From: a bacterium
GTDB taxonomy: Bacteria; AUK180
DNA: 64,000 nucleotides
Assembly (NCBI GenBank): GCA_023144005.1
Contig: JAGLGN010000020.1
Coordinates: 10,941-74,940, forward strand
Reading direction: 5' to 3'
The notes beneath the pieces were generated by a model that saw only the letters and a list, made by a program, of their open reading frames with translations, searched no databases and was not told where the DNA came from. The first letter of the stretch is position 1; every line of letters starts with the position of its first letter. Below, in pieces: positions 41,201-49,437 of the stretch. The position numbers and the translations under genes are program-made.

Positions 41201-41884
41201 CACTATCTTACTCAGTTGGGAACCCGAACAAACCAATACAGGCTCAATACTGGCCGGATCATGTGTAATGCTCACTGCACTGCCTGGTACGGGAACACTA
41301 CCGGAATGAGTAATAGCGTAGGGATCTGAAATATCAAGACAATACATTCCGTCGGGACCGCCTGCCACATACAGCGTATTGGAAGCGAGCGATAGACTGA
41401 CGCCGTATCCTTCCTTAGCGGTATACTCGTCGGTCAGTGTAGGCGTATCGGAAGCGGTCACATCAAAGACCTTGACCCCATTGGCGGCAAAGCCGACATA
41501 GGCATAATTTCCGCTTGCCCAGACTCTCTGCGAGCTGGAAGCATAATATTCTCCCACATATGAGGGATTAAGCCGATCTGTAATATCAAGGACTACCAGA
41601 CCGTCATACAGATCAGTATAATAAAGACGGTTGCCGTCAACATAAACGTCATTTACTCTTTGAGTAGTGTCGTAGTAATTGACAAGCGCAGGATCCGTCG
41701 GAATTGATATATCATAGATACCTATGAATCCGTATGCCGCGGTATAAAGATATGTATCTGAATACGCTACTTTTTTGGGATCGCCTTCGAGCACAAAAGA
41801 TATCAGATCTACATTGGACGAGGCACCAGATACATAAGAAACACTCAGTAACATCAATATAACAAAAATAAATAATCGCTTCAT
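38231..41884 (-). CDS. T9SS-secreted LVIVD-repeat beta-propeller protein (1217 aa) with CarboxypepD_reg-like repeats and a Por-secretion CTD
   Basis: Signal peptide. Repeated ~45-aa units of the LVIVD type (...YDGLVVLDITDRLNPSYVGEY..., GLRILDVSDPTSPSEVGYY..., GVAIIDITTPSAPS...). Then six units of the form ISGSIADS...GVSVSLSGDSTGNTITDASGYYEF. C-terminal ...LLSGVYFLVVRPVDGSEAIVLTVYF. Confidence 0.7.
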   Translation of the reverse strand: MKRLFIFVILMLLSVSYVSGASSNVDLISFVLEGDPKKVAYSDTYLYTAAYGFIGIYDISIPTDPALVNYYDTTQRVNDVYVDGNRLYYTDLYDGLVVLDITDRLNPSYVGEYYASSSQRVWASGNYAYVGFAANGVKVFDVTASDTPTLTDEYTAKEGYGVSLSLASNTLYVAGGPDGMYCLDISDPYAITHSGSVPVPGSAVSITHDPASIEPVLVCSGSQLSKIVSVPSFPMVEDFFTTSSSKDVVYNSSSEAFVADYTGGIRTYSQTWDDSMAMFLMQEEDQFYANGYSWGVAVNGNDLYVAAGRGGLSVLDVTNISNVSEKAVLDVPGNVYGIWRQGNYLYVANDSMGITSVDITDPYNPEVLESKATGWYARDVIVSGNYLYIADYISGVRVWNISNPSSMTALAVCDTPDEATKIFLYGTDIYDADMAGGLRIIDVSTPDSPTERSSYTVPSYVYDVYVVNDYAYVASGADGLKVLNVSNPDSPTEVGDYNTTGVSNGVAVYGNHAFVADGNSGVAIIDITTPSAPSLETYHNTLGEAVDVWYQNGYLYVAANTAGLRILDVSDPTSPSEVGYYETTGSAYCIYADSEYIFVGDKLGGYFILDCTLSDPVATISGSIADSMVVALEGVSVSLSGDSTGNTITDASGYYEFANLLQGGTFTITPDPLYYGFAPSSRTLPDLSGDMTNQDFTGTLHLYQVEGNVELDGSPFSGIAVNLTGDSTGSRITDGAGYFIFENLSAGGTYTFTPSHLQYSFSPTEVEISDLITNHLIFPPFDATLLTMNIAGTVWDGYSMSTPLEGVTADLSGDSTGTTVTNASGNFSFTGLPVHATYTVTLSKTHYTFDPVSRTFSDTSANQDDDYVAVINTWYLDGTITEDSSPLSGVTVTVSDGTTDTPTTTNASGYYIVSDLPAGSPYTITPSLTNYSFVPASRTVPDLSNNSEANDFTAAYDKWTISGIVEDGVGDPISSASVDLSGFSTGSLLTSATGYYRFDDLPGGETYSVTISLTHYTFTPASHNYTELSSSVSNADFTGQVDKWDIQGKVTDELSDSVISDLIVTVTGGAEMNVSTNILGVFTFTGLDAGETYTVSVAAPGYSYTPAFRTYTDLSAGIIDCDFTAFKTYDQCIVIPNPTTGTIRVTDLAADDGLSLYDAGGSELMSWESAENGPMLLNIAEDESGNKLLSGVYFLVVRPVDGSEAIVLTVYFRRGEE

Positions 41885-41910
41885 CCTCTTCCTCCGGAGT
41901 TTGTTCTTTT

Positions 41911-41939
41911 ATTATATAATTCTTAAAGGGATTTGTCAA
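41911..41939 (-). promoter_or_regulatory. Consensus sigma70-type promoter (-35 TTGACA, 17-nt spacer, -10 TATAAT) for the LVIVD cargo gene
   Basis: Perfect hexamers on the minus strand. A GGAGGA RBS lies 8 nt before the ATG at 41884. Confidence 0.5.
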
Positions 41940-42050
41940 AACGGGCAAAGAAAAATATAGAGTTTGAGGTTAGTGCTGAGAAGAGATAAGACCCGATCCC
42001 TTGTTCCACTGGTCCCCTGTCCCCTGCGAAGCGTAACCTGCGAACTTCTT

Positions 42051-42761
42051 TTATCTTTTCACTTTGCCAGTCAGATATCTCTGCTGCTCTTCTTCATCGA
42101 ATTTCTCTATCGCGTATCTCAGCATTGTTCTCGGCATTTTTTGATAATGCTTTTTTAAAAATTTAACTTCTACCGCATGATCACGATTGCCGATTTCTCT
42201 AAGCATCCATCCGACTGCTTTATGGATCAGATCCTCTTTATCATGCAAAAGCTGCTTTGAGATACGCAGCGCATCGGCAAATTGGCCCTTCCTGATATAG
42301 TAATAGGTAGCTATCATTGAGATCCGGCGTTCCCATAAGGAATTAGAGCGTGATAGCTCATCAAGCACCTTTTTATCTTTGTCTTCCAGATAAGCACCCA
42401 CAATATAATGGGCGGAGGTATCGACAAGATCCCAATTATTCACATATTCGGTATTCTTCAGATACAGGTCATAGATCTTACTCTGCTCCTCTGGATCGGT
42501 TCTTGTAAAGCGGTGCACGAAAAACAGTAATGCGAATAATCTGATCTCATGATACTTGGACTGCAGAAGTTTTTCCGCCGTCTCTAATGAAGCATCTTTA
42601 AATTTTTTGACCGCTTGGCGGATGACAGGAACTCTGATACCAAGGAAGATATCTCCATATCCGTATCCGCCCTTTGCTGTTTTGAAAAATCTTTGACAAT
42701 TGGCAGCTCTTTCCTTATCACCTAGACTCAAAAGATAATCTACAATTTCCTTATATTTCAT
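42051..42761 (-). CDS. DNA alkylation repair enzyme (AlkC/AlkD-like HEAT-repeat glycosylase family)
   Basis: 236 aa. N-terminal ...LLSLGDKERAANCQRFFKTAKGGYGYGDIFLGIRVPVIRQAVKKF plus a helical-repeat architecture characteristic of PF08713. Confidence 0.65.
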   Translation of the reverse strand: MKYKEIVDYLLSLGDKERAANCQRFFKTAKGGYGYGDIFLGIRVPVIRQAVKKFKDASLETAEKLLQSKYHEIRLFALLFFVHRFTRTDPEEQSKIYDLYLKNTEYVNNWDLVDTSAHYIVGAYLEDKDKKVLDELSRSNSLWERRISMIATYYYIRKGQFADALRISKQLLHDKEDLIHKAVGWMLREIGNRDHAVEVKFLKKHYQKMPRTMLRYAIEKFDEEEQQRYLTGKVKR

Positions 42762-42834
42762 TCATATACCTTTCTTTTCTTTAGTGTACTGTTTCATCGT
42801 AGCATATTTAATCAGGATTTTCAAAGAGCGGGGC

Positions 42835-42863
42835 TTGACAAAGGACCAATAATCCGCTATCAT
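42835..42863 (+). promoter_or_regulatory. Candidate sigma70-type promoter (-35 TTGACA, 17-nt spacer, -10 TATCAT) for ORF 42901..43263
   Basis: An AAGGGAG RBS lies 7 nt before the ATG. Confidence 0.35.
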
Positions 42864-42900
42864 GTTAGTGAACATTAACTAACATTCAAGGGAGTGCTTT

Positions 42901-43263
42901 ATGGAATACACAAAATGGTCTATCAAAGAAGAAGACCTCAAAGATCTGACACTAATAGATGCTAGGAATCTCATCATCATTTGCTTTTACGAGGCCCAGA
43001 AAGAGTCGATCGCTTCAACTAAAAAAGACATGAACAGCAAGATCAATGACGGAGAAATGTATAACTCGGTATTGGCAAGAGTGAGATTCGCTTCGAAGCA
43101 ATGCGGAGGCGATTGGGAAAACCCCTCATTGGAATATCTTCTTAATATAGTGAAGTACCTTGAAAACAGTGCTTCTGCTGCAGGAACCCCTGATGACATC
43201 GTCGCTCATCATAAAAACCAGATTCTTAAAGTCCTTGAAGCATGCGATAAGCAGTGCGGCTAA
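42901..43263 (+). CDS. Hypothetical cytoplasmic protein (120 aa)
   Basis: ORF with a good RBS and an upstream promoter-like sequence. No recognisable domain. Confidence 0.4.
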   Translation: MEYTKWSIKEEDLKDLTLIDARNLIIICFYEAQKESIASTKKDMNSKINDGEMYNSVLARVRFASKQCGGDWENPSLEYLLNIVKYLENSASAAGTPDDIVAHHKNQILKVLEACDKQCG

Positions 43264-43287
43264 AGGAAAGAGGCTAGAGGTTAGAGG

Positions 43288-43815
43288 TTAATTCAGAGGG
43301 GAATATTTTTTATCGAGATAAATTGAGATGTGATTGCCTTCTATATCCCCATTTATTGTATGTATATCAACCTCTTCACCGCCATAAACAAATGCTTCAA
43401 TGATCCCGTCTTTGTCAGTATATACCTGGAAATAGGCGTATGCCATCAGAGTATTTCTACCATTATGTGTGATGGCTTCTTTTCCAATGCTCTCTTTTAT
43501 TTCATCCAAATCTCCTTCGTTTGCATGAACCCCCGCAAAGTAAGAGAGTTTTGAGCCATCGGTAAAATTTACGACAAGCTCAGGTTCGCCCCACTTTTCC
43601 GGCAGTGATTTCAATTCCTTCCCAGCCTCAAGGTCGCCATAGTGTCGATTTCGATATCTTTGAAGTTTAGTTCCAATTATTCTGGGATCCGTAAGATTAT
43701 TGTAGACTAGGAACCACACATATAACAATGGCACCGAAATTATTAAGCAAACAACAAGAAGACCGCTATCAAATTTCCGCTGTTTTCTCTTTCCGTTTTC
43801 CATATTATCGTTCAT
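43288..43815 (-). CDS. Hypothetical membrane-anchored protein (single N-terminal TM)
   Basis: ORF of 175 aa with the hydrophobic segment LLVVCLIISVPLLYVWFLVY. Confidence 0.35.
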   Translation of the reverse strand: MNDNMENGKRKQRKFDSGLLVVCLIISVPLLYVWFLVYNNLTDPRIIGTKLQRYRNRHYGDLEAGKELKSLPEKWGEPELVVNFTDGSKLSYFAGVHANEGDLDEIKESIGKEAITHNGRNTLMAYAYFQVYTDKDGIIEAFVYGGEEVDIHTINGDIEGNHISIYLDKKYSPLN

Positions 43816-43869
43816 ATTATTTTCCGTTTCCCCACTTATCCTTTGTCCCCTCTTAGTTCTTCCTTTTCT

Positions 43870-45057
43870 CTATTTCTTAATTATCTTGAAGTATTTGTTC
43901 AAATACTCCCATCTATCTTTATTTTGCGTCATCATCTCTCTCAGAGGATAAAGGGAAGGTAATGTAAAATCGACGCGTTCACCTTCATACTTCAATGACA
44001 CTAAATATTCTTGATCAGCAATTCTTGTAGGGCTGATCGGAATTCTATTTATTATAAGATATTCCATTACCATTGTACTTAGGTTCTCTCGTTTTAAGGG
44101 ATCATTTTCATTTTGTAGCAGATCCGTAAGATAAGAAATTTTGACATCTCTATCCATTTCTCCTGAATTTAGCATTAGCCTTATCAGCTCTTCTTTCTCA
44201 AAATAATACACTGACCCATCATATATAATATAGCAGAAATCACTATCCAGCTTCCGGATTTTAACCTCGGATAGAAGTTCTCCCGAAGACATAAGAATAT
44301 ACAGAAAGTAATAATCGAAACAATACACACCAATTCTGTTATCTTTAAATACTTTGATCATAGGTTCCATTCCCGGAGCGTCTGGAAATTCTCTCTCAAG
44401 GACTACACCACCATCAAGGTTCAATACTTTCAGTATCGGGTACTTATAATCGTTATATACATAATTAATTTCCTTCTTAGAATTCTTGGTTCTACCTACA
44501 AATTCTTTTCTTTCTACTTTTGAACATAAGGCATAAAGAAACAATCCTGATGAATCAAATTCTATCTCCTGATTTATAACTCCAAATCGGCTCGGGCGTG
44601 AATATTTAAACCCTTGATCGGGTGGAAGTATATACTTCCCTAGTGTTTTGCCGTTAACATCCATAATCGCAAGCCTGTTTGCCTTGGTCATTATCGCAGT
44701 TGTACCGCTATTCGCTACCGTTGGAGGGAAATAATCGGGAATTCTTCTTTTCCATCTCACACGACCGCCATTATCTACAAAGGAGTACCTGCAAATTGTT
44801 ATCGGATCAAGTTCTCTGAAATAGTACTTCCTCCTCGAAGAATACAGCGTATATTTACCGTTTGGGGATTCATATTTTCTGTATCGATTCAAATGATCCT
44901 TTGAAGAATTTATCGAGTTAAGTGCTATAAATTTAGATATATGCGGCCTTAGCTGCTCACGGAAATAATACGAGGCAGATAGCATAGTAACAAGGATCAT
45001 CGAGATGATGAAACCCTTGCTAAATCTTATTTTGAAATCGTCGCTCCTCTTTTTCAT
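43870..45057 (-). CDS. Hypothetical membrane-anchored/secreted protein (395 aa)
   Basis: N-terminal TM/signal segment (FIISMILVTMLSASYYF). No recognisable domain. Confidence 0.4.
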   Translation of the reverse strand: MKKRSDDFKIRFSKGFIISMILVTMLSASYYFREQLRPHISKFIALNSINSSKDHLNRYRKYESPNGKYTLYSSRRKYYFRELDPITICRYSFVDNGGRVRWKRRIPDYFPPTVANSGTTAIMTKANRLAIMDVNGKTLGKYILPPDQGFKYSRPSRFGVINQEIEFDSSGLFLYALCSKVERKEFVGRTKNSKKEINYVYNDYKYPILKVLNLDGGVVLEREFPDAPGMEPMIKVFKDNRIGVYCFDYYFLYILMSSGELLSEVKIRKLDSDFCYIIYDGSVYYFEKEELIRLMLNSGEMDRDVKISYLTDLLQNENDPLKRENLSTMVMEYLIINRIPISPTRIADQEYLVSLKYEGERVDFTLPSLYPLREMMTQNKDRWEYLNKYFKIIKK

Positions 45058-45218
45058 TGCTCCTTCTTATATGACTGTAACACTTTGCTCCAAGATATAC
45101 AAATATTACCGATGACGCAATCCAAGCACAAAGGTCCAGCTCTGCATATCCGATCCCCCTCTCAATCCATCATCCTATTATCCATTCCCACACCTCACAC
45201 TTCACCCTTTATTTTCCA

Positions 45219-45566
45219 CTACTTAGTTCCGACAAATATGGTTTTCTTGATCGGGGTTGGAGCTTTTACGACTAGAACCCGCAATACATCATTGCTCTCA
45301 TTGTACCAGCAGTGCACGATATCCTTCGGACTTTCTATTAAGGTATCCTTCGTGACTTCAATCTTCTCATCGCCGACCTCAACGATCCCCACACCTTCAA
45401 GTACATAGAACGCTACATCAACAGGCGTGATATGACGCTTCAATGACTGCCCGGGTTTCAAGGTGATGATTGTTATCATCGCCGTTTCCTTTTTGTACAG
45501 ATTGCGGGCGTCCACATCATGTGCATTTTCCATAATTCCAACTTCAGACAGCTTCTTCGTTATCAT
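45219..45566 (-). CDS. Cupin-domain protein
   Basis: 115 aa. ...ITIITLKPGQSLKRHITPVDVAFYVLEGVGIVEVGDEKIEV... matches the two-motif cupin beta-barrel pattern. A tandem TTATCAG x3 lies immediately upstream. Confidence 0.5.
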   Translation of the reverse strand: MITKKLSEVGIMENAHDVDARNLYKKETAMITIITLKPGQSLKRHITPVDVAFYVLEGVGIVEVGDEKIEVTKDTLIESPKDIVHCWYNESNDVLRVLVVKAPTPIKKTIFVGTK

Positions 45567-45600
45567 AGTTTTTCTCCTTATTATCAGTTATCAGTTATCA

Positions 45601-45716
45601 GGGACGTTGGTGAAGAGTGTGAAGAGTTTGAAGGTATTCAGAAAACAATATCCCCATAATTCCTATACTTATATAATATGGACTAAGCCAACTCTTCACA
45701 CTCTTCACCACCGTCC
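45601..45716. repeat. MITE-/REP-like element: 27-bp near-perfect inverted repeat (GGACG[T/G]TGGTGAAGAGTGTGAAGAGTT) around a ~60-nt loop
   Basis: Arms at 45601-45628 and 45690-45716 differ by 1 mismatch. Sits between the PP-loop gene stop and the cupin gene start. A 15/17-nt direct copy of the arm end (TTCTTCACCACCGTCCC) lies at 46784-46800, at the other end of the PP-loop gene. Confidence 0.55.
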
Positions 45717-46793
45717 TTAACTTTTAGTAAGATCCGAGAAAGTCAATCCAAGCTTTTTCAGAGTGTGTTTCATTACCTTTCTCGGAACAATGGCATTACC
45801 GATAAATAGTTTTGCCATGGCAAGCTGAACACGCCACGAAAAGCGGTTCTCCATACCCTTGCGGATCTTGAAACTGAATGAAGGGAGATGAGAATTATAC
45901 CCCAGATTTTTGTAATCCCTGTATATCATCAGCCAGTTCAATTTGCAATTCGTCACGAGCTGGCTCGAATTACCTTTGCTCAGAAGTCCACTGTCTTTCA
46001 ACTCCTGTCTGATCTTATCTGGAGAGTATTCAGGAAATACATGGAACGGCAGAAAGACCTCGGGAATGTCATCATCCTTCGTATCGGCACCATTCCAGAA
46101 TGTTTCAAGCTCGGGTCCTGTAAAGTCCTCTTTTTTCAGTAGTTCATCCGGAAACCAGTCGGATCTTAGCCGCGTATCAGCTATCTTGTAAAAATAATAT
46201 TCGATCTGATCAGGAGAATAACCGAGAATGATCATCGGGACCTTCTCTTCAACAGCGGTCTTCAGCAGGGCACTTTGCCAAATCACGGTACAGACCCTGC
46301 AAATACGGTCAACCGAATTCTTCTCATACTCCGATGTAAGAAGTTTACGATACACTTTCAAAGAGACCTGAACATGGTCTTTGAGCATACGATGATCTAT
46401 GGGAAGCAGTTCCTTTATTCTCTCTATATTCTTGAGGGCAACATCCGATTCCAGTCCATTGTCCACAGTTACGGCAAGTATCCTGAGATCACTGTTATCA
46501 AGCAGGAATTTCATAAGATAAGTACTGTCCTTTCCCCCGCTGTAAGCAAGTATACAATCGTATTTCCCCGACCCCTTCACATCCTTGAGCTTCTTCAGGA
46601 ATTCTGCGTAAAGCCGGTCTTTCTCTTCATATTGCTTTCGGACCTGAGGGTCCTTCAATACACCGAAATGGCTCTCTCCGGAACAAAATGAACATCTTCC
46701 GTCTTTATTGATCCGGACCTCCTCGATCGCGTCAACTGCCAGGCAGCTCTTACATCTTCTCATTATTCTACTCCTTCTCCATTTCTTCACCAC
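45717..46793 (-). CDS. PP-loop ATP-pyrophosphatase with N-terminal zinc ribbon (N-acetyl-sugar amidotransferase WbuX/PseA-like)
   Basis: Zinc ribbon CKSCLAVD...CSFCSG. PP-loop motif ILAYSGGKDSTYL. A second CRVC pair. The ~358-aa length fits the TIGR03573-type family, but the assignment is tentative. GTG start in the ORF track; an ATG lies 30 nt inside. Confidence 0.5.
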   Translation of the reverse strand: MVKKWRRSRIMRRCKSCLAVDAIEEVRINKDGRCSFCSGESHFGVLKDPQVRKQYEEKDRLYAEFLKKLKDVKGSGKYDCILAYSGGKDSTYLMKFLLDNSDLRILAVTVDNGLESDVALKNIERIKELLPIDHRMLKDHVQVSLKVYRKLLTSEYEKNSVDRICRVCTVIWQSALLKTAVEEKVPMIILGYSPDQIEYYFYKIADTRLRSDWFPDELLKKEDFTGPELETFWNGADTKDDDIPEVFLPFHVFPEYSPDKIRQELKDSGLLSKGNSSQLVTNCKLNWLMIYRDYKNLGYNSHLPSFSFKIRKGMENRFSWRVQLAMAKLFIGNAIVPRKVMKHTLKKLGLTFSDLTKS

Positions 46794-47754
46794 CGTCCCT
46801 AATTCCTTCTTCGGTAATAAAGGCAGTGATATTCTCCACAGGCACTATATCAAAGGCAGGATTATATACATTCGCGTTTTCAGGGACCATTTGCCTGTTT
46901 CCCGAGTAACGGATCTCTTCCTCTCTTCTGATCTCGATCTTAATATCAGCTCCCGACGGGCATTTATCATCAAATGTCGATAATGGCGCGGCAACATAGA
47001 ACGGTATATGGTGATATTTGGCAAGTACCGAAAGCGGATAGGACCCTATCTTGTTCGCTGCATCGCCATTGGCGGCGATGCGGTCAGCGCCGATTATGAC
47101 CAGATCCACTTTTCCCGCCGCCATTAGCGACCCCGCCATATTATCACAGATAACTGTATTGGGGATACCCTTTTCGCTAAGCTCCCACGATGTCAGGCGG
47201 GCACCCTGCAGCAGCGGTCTGGTCTCATCGACCCAAACATGAAGTTTCTTGCCGTCTGAATGCGAAAAGAATATCGGCGACAGCGCCGTGCCGTGATCCC
47301 CCGTTGCAAGCGATCCCGCATTGCAATGTGTAAGTACATTGGCACCCTCCGGTATCAGATCCCTTCCGTTGAGCCCTATATTTTCACATCTCTTTATATC
47401 ATCACGCTGAATAAAAAGAGCCTCTTTCAAAAAGGCATCGGTCCTATGATCTTTCTCCAGGAGCGTATAGAATCTCTCTACCGCCCAAGCAAGATTCACC
47501 GCAGTCGGACGCGCCGCGGCAATATCCTTCATTGCTTTTCTGAGTTCTTCAATATCAACGATCTCTTTAGATGCGAGATAACAGCCGAAAGCACCTGCGA
47601 TGCCAAGAGCGGGCGCGCCTCTGACCGCAAGCGTCTTAATGGCATCTATCATCTGTCTATGATCTTTTATCTCAGTGATGACCTTCTCTGAAGGCAATCT
47701 GCGCTGGTCAATTATCACAATTTTTCCTTCCGCGTAATCGATCGGCCTTACCAT
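46768..47754 (-). CDS. mtnA: S-methyl-5-thioribose-1-phosphate isomerase-like (eIF-2B-related MtnA/R15P isomerase family)
   Basis: N-terminal MVRPIDYAEGKIVIIDQRRLP and ...VRGAPALGIAGAFGCYLAS are typical of MtnA/eIF2B-like isomerases. 328 aa. Confidence 0.7.
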   Translation of the reverse strand: MVRPIDYAEGKIVIIDQRRLPSEKVITEIKDHRQMIDAIKTLAVRGAPALGIAGAFGCYLASKEIVDIEELRKAMKDIAAARPTAVNLAWAVERFYTLLEKDHRTDAFLKEALFIQRDDIKRCENIGLNGRDLIPEGANVLTHCNAGSLATGDHGTALSPIFFSHSDGKKLHVWVDETRPLLQGARLTSWELSEKGIPNTVICDNMAGSLMAAGKVDLVIIGADRIAANGDAANKIGSYPLSVLAKYHHIPFYVAAPLSTFDDKCPSGADIKIEIRREEEIRYSGNRQMVPENANVYNPAFDIVPVENITAFITEEGIRDGGEEMEKE

Positions 47755-48656
47755 CTGACTCCCCTTTTCATTCTCTTCACCATATATCCGGGCGATATCT
47801 TGATCTTCCTCTGAACAAAGATCCAGAAATGCACTCTTTCAAACATATTAAGATTTCGGTTCATTCTGAATATATGCCTGAAAAATCCATTATCCACTCG
47901 GTATTCTTTCAAATTTTCGTATAATGTCTCAGTGATATCAAGATCACGCCGGAATCCCATTTCTGAAAGCAACTCTCTGTCCGCTTGAGAAAATATCCCC
48001 TCATTTTTCATCAGCCCCCATTCAAGGATGTGATATACACGGTTCACATAATAATGATAGATTAGATGCAATGCCGCCAAAGCACCGGGCGACTCCAGCA
48101 ACTTCTGCTCCATATCTGTAGCGATCTCAAATAATCGCCAATGCAATTCGATCTGAAGCTTCATACCGCTTTTATTGCCTGAAAGGGTGATATGCGACCT
48201 TCCTTTTCTTTTTTCACCGCTGACGGATCCACTTGGAATAAACCCGTCGCTCTTTAATTTCATCAATAACGGGTCAATATCCTCCGGGGGGCATATCAGG
48301 TCAAGATCGGACATAAAGCGCATTCCGGAACGACCAGCATAGACCTTTCTAAGCAGAGAACCGCCCTTAAACGCCCTGACATTGGAGAAATCCTCGGCTA
48401 TCACATCAAGCATCTCCGAGATAATGGTGTTTCTCAGTAAGTTCACATTGTATTCATTCTCAAGGTAGGAGTACAATCGCGGACTGTCTTTCAGAAGAAT
48501 TCTGCCATCCTTGATATTTTGGAAAGCGATACCGCCGGTTTTATGAAATTCCATCATCTTCATGACCCCGATACCATCCTTTACCCTTAATTGTTCTCTT
48601 TCGCGTGGCAGGATCAGGCGGAGAAAATCACTCTCATAGTCTTTCCAGGAATTCAT
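47748..48656 (-). CDS. Pol-beta-superfamily nucleotidyltransferase (uncharacterised NTase family)
   Basis: FKGGSLLRKVYAGRSGMRFMSDLDLI matches the hG[GS]x9-13DhD NTase active-site pattern. 302 aa. 7-nt overlap with mtnA. Confidence 0.5.
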   Translation of the reverse strand: MNSWKDYESDFLRLILPREREQLRVKDGIGVMKMMEFHKTGGIAFQNIKDGRILLKDSPRLYSYLENEYNVNLLRNTIISEMLDVIAEDFSNVRAFKGGSLLRKVYAGRSGMRFMSDLDLICPPEDIDPLLMKLKSDGFIPSGSVSGEKRKGRSHITLSGNKSGMKLQIELHWRLFEIATDMEQKLLESPGALAALHLIYHYYVNRVYHILEWGLMKNEGIFSQADRELLSEMGFRRDLDITETLYENLKEYRVDNGFFRHIFRMNRNLNMFERVHFWIFVQRKIKISPGYMVKRMKRGVRW

Positions 48657-49437
48657 CTATATCCTTGACCGTCCTCCATTTAAATCGCATTGTCGACGCG
48701 AATGCACAGGGAAGCATTTCAATCCCCTCGGAGAAGTCCAGGGATGTATAGAACTCAAATGGGTGTATTATTGATTCCAGAGGCAGATCTTGCCCCCTTC
48801 TTGGCATTATAAGATGCAGGCTGCTGTCCTTGAACACCTCAACTTTTTTCGGACATTTCTCAAAAAGACAGATATCGCCGCCCATGATCTCCGAATACAG
48901 CGGTTGGACACACGGGTGATATTTCTGCGTCAGATAGAGGTCTCTCGGAATATATGAAAATCCTTCTGCTCCAATGAGAAGGTATTCGTCGGTGAAATAC
49001 TCAGCCCCTGATCTTATCATTCGCGCAGAAACCGTACTTTTACCGGAGCCGCTCAGCCCGCCGATCGCGAAAAACTTGTCTTTATACTTCAAAAGCGCTG
49101 AATGCAGGGCAAAAAACCTTTCTTTCAACCGTAGAGTTATATGATAACGGATCCAATTAGCGATTATCAGCTCCCTGTCAAAATCCAATTTCCCCGAATA
49201 GTATACATAATTAGCGTCTGAACTCTGATACAGCTCCATACCCATTATGGAAAAAAACCGACCGGCGAAACGCTCGGGGCGGCCATGGATAAAGAGGAGT
49301 GCGCCTTTATGATATGAGGGAATGCCTTCAGGGAAATTGCTTTTTACGGCAGAAACAAAACCACGGGGCCCCTGTATGGAAACAGGGACATTCAGAAGTT
49401 CAAAACCATAGTATTCTAATGCTTTAGCCATAACCAC
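48634..49437 (-). CDS. HPr-kinase C-terminal-domain-like P-loop kinase
   Basis: FFAIGGLSGSGKSTVSARMIRSGAEYFTDEY parallels the HprK Walker A region ([25 protein letters not shown]). 23-nt overlap with the NTase gene. Confidence 0.55.
   Translation of the reverse strand: MVMAKALEYYGFELLNVPVSIQGPRGFVSAVKSNFPEGIPSYHKGALLFIHGRPERFAGRFFSIMGMELYQSSDANYVYYSGKLDFDRELIIANWIRYHITLRLKERFFALHSALLKYKDKFFAIGGLSGSGKSTVSARMIRSGAEYFTDEYLLIGAEGFSYIPRDLYLTQKYHPCVQPLYSEIMGGDICLFEKCPKKVEVFKDSSLHLIMPRRGQDLPLESIIHPFEFYTSLDFSEGIEMLPCAFASTMRFKWRTVKDIDEFLERL

Noticed and set aside
47748-49437. HPrK-like kinase + nucleotidyltransferase read as a lasso-peptide (RiPP) cluster
   Set aside because: No Asn-synthetase-like cyclase, transglutaminase-like protease, PqqD-like protein or short precursor ORF is present. 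The neighbouring genes (MtnA-like, PP-loop, PII, GAF) point elsewhere.
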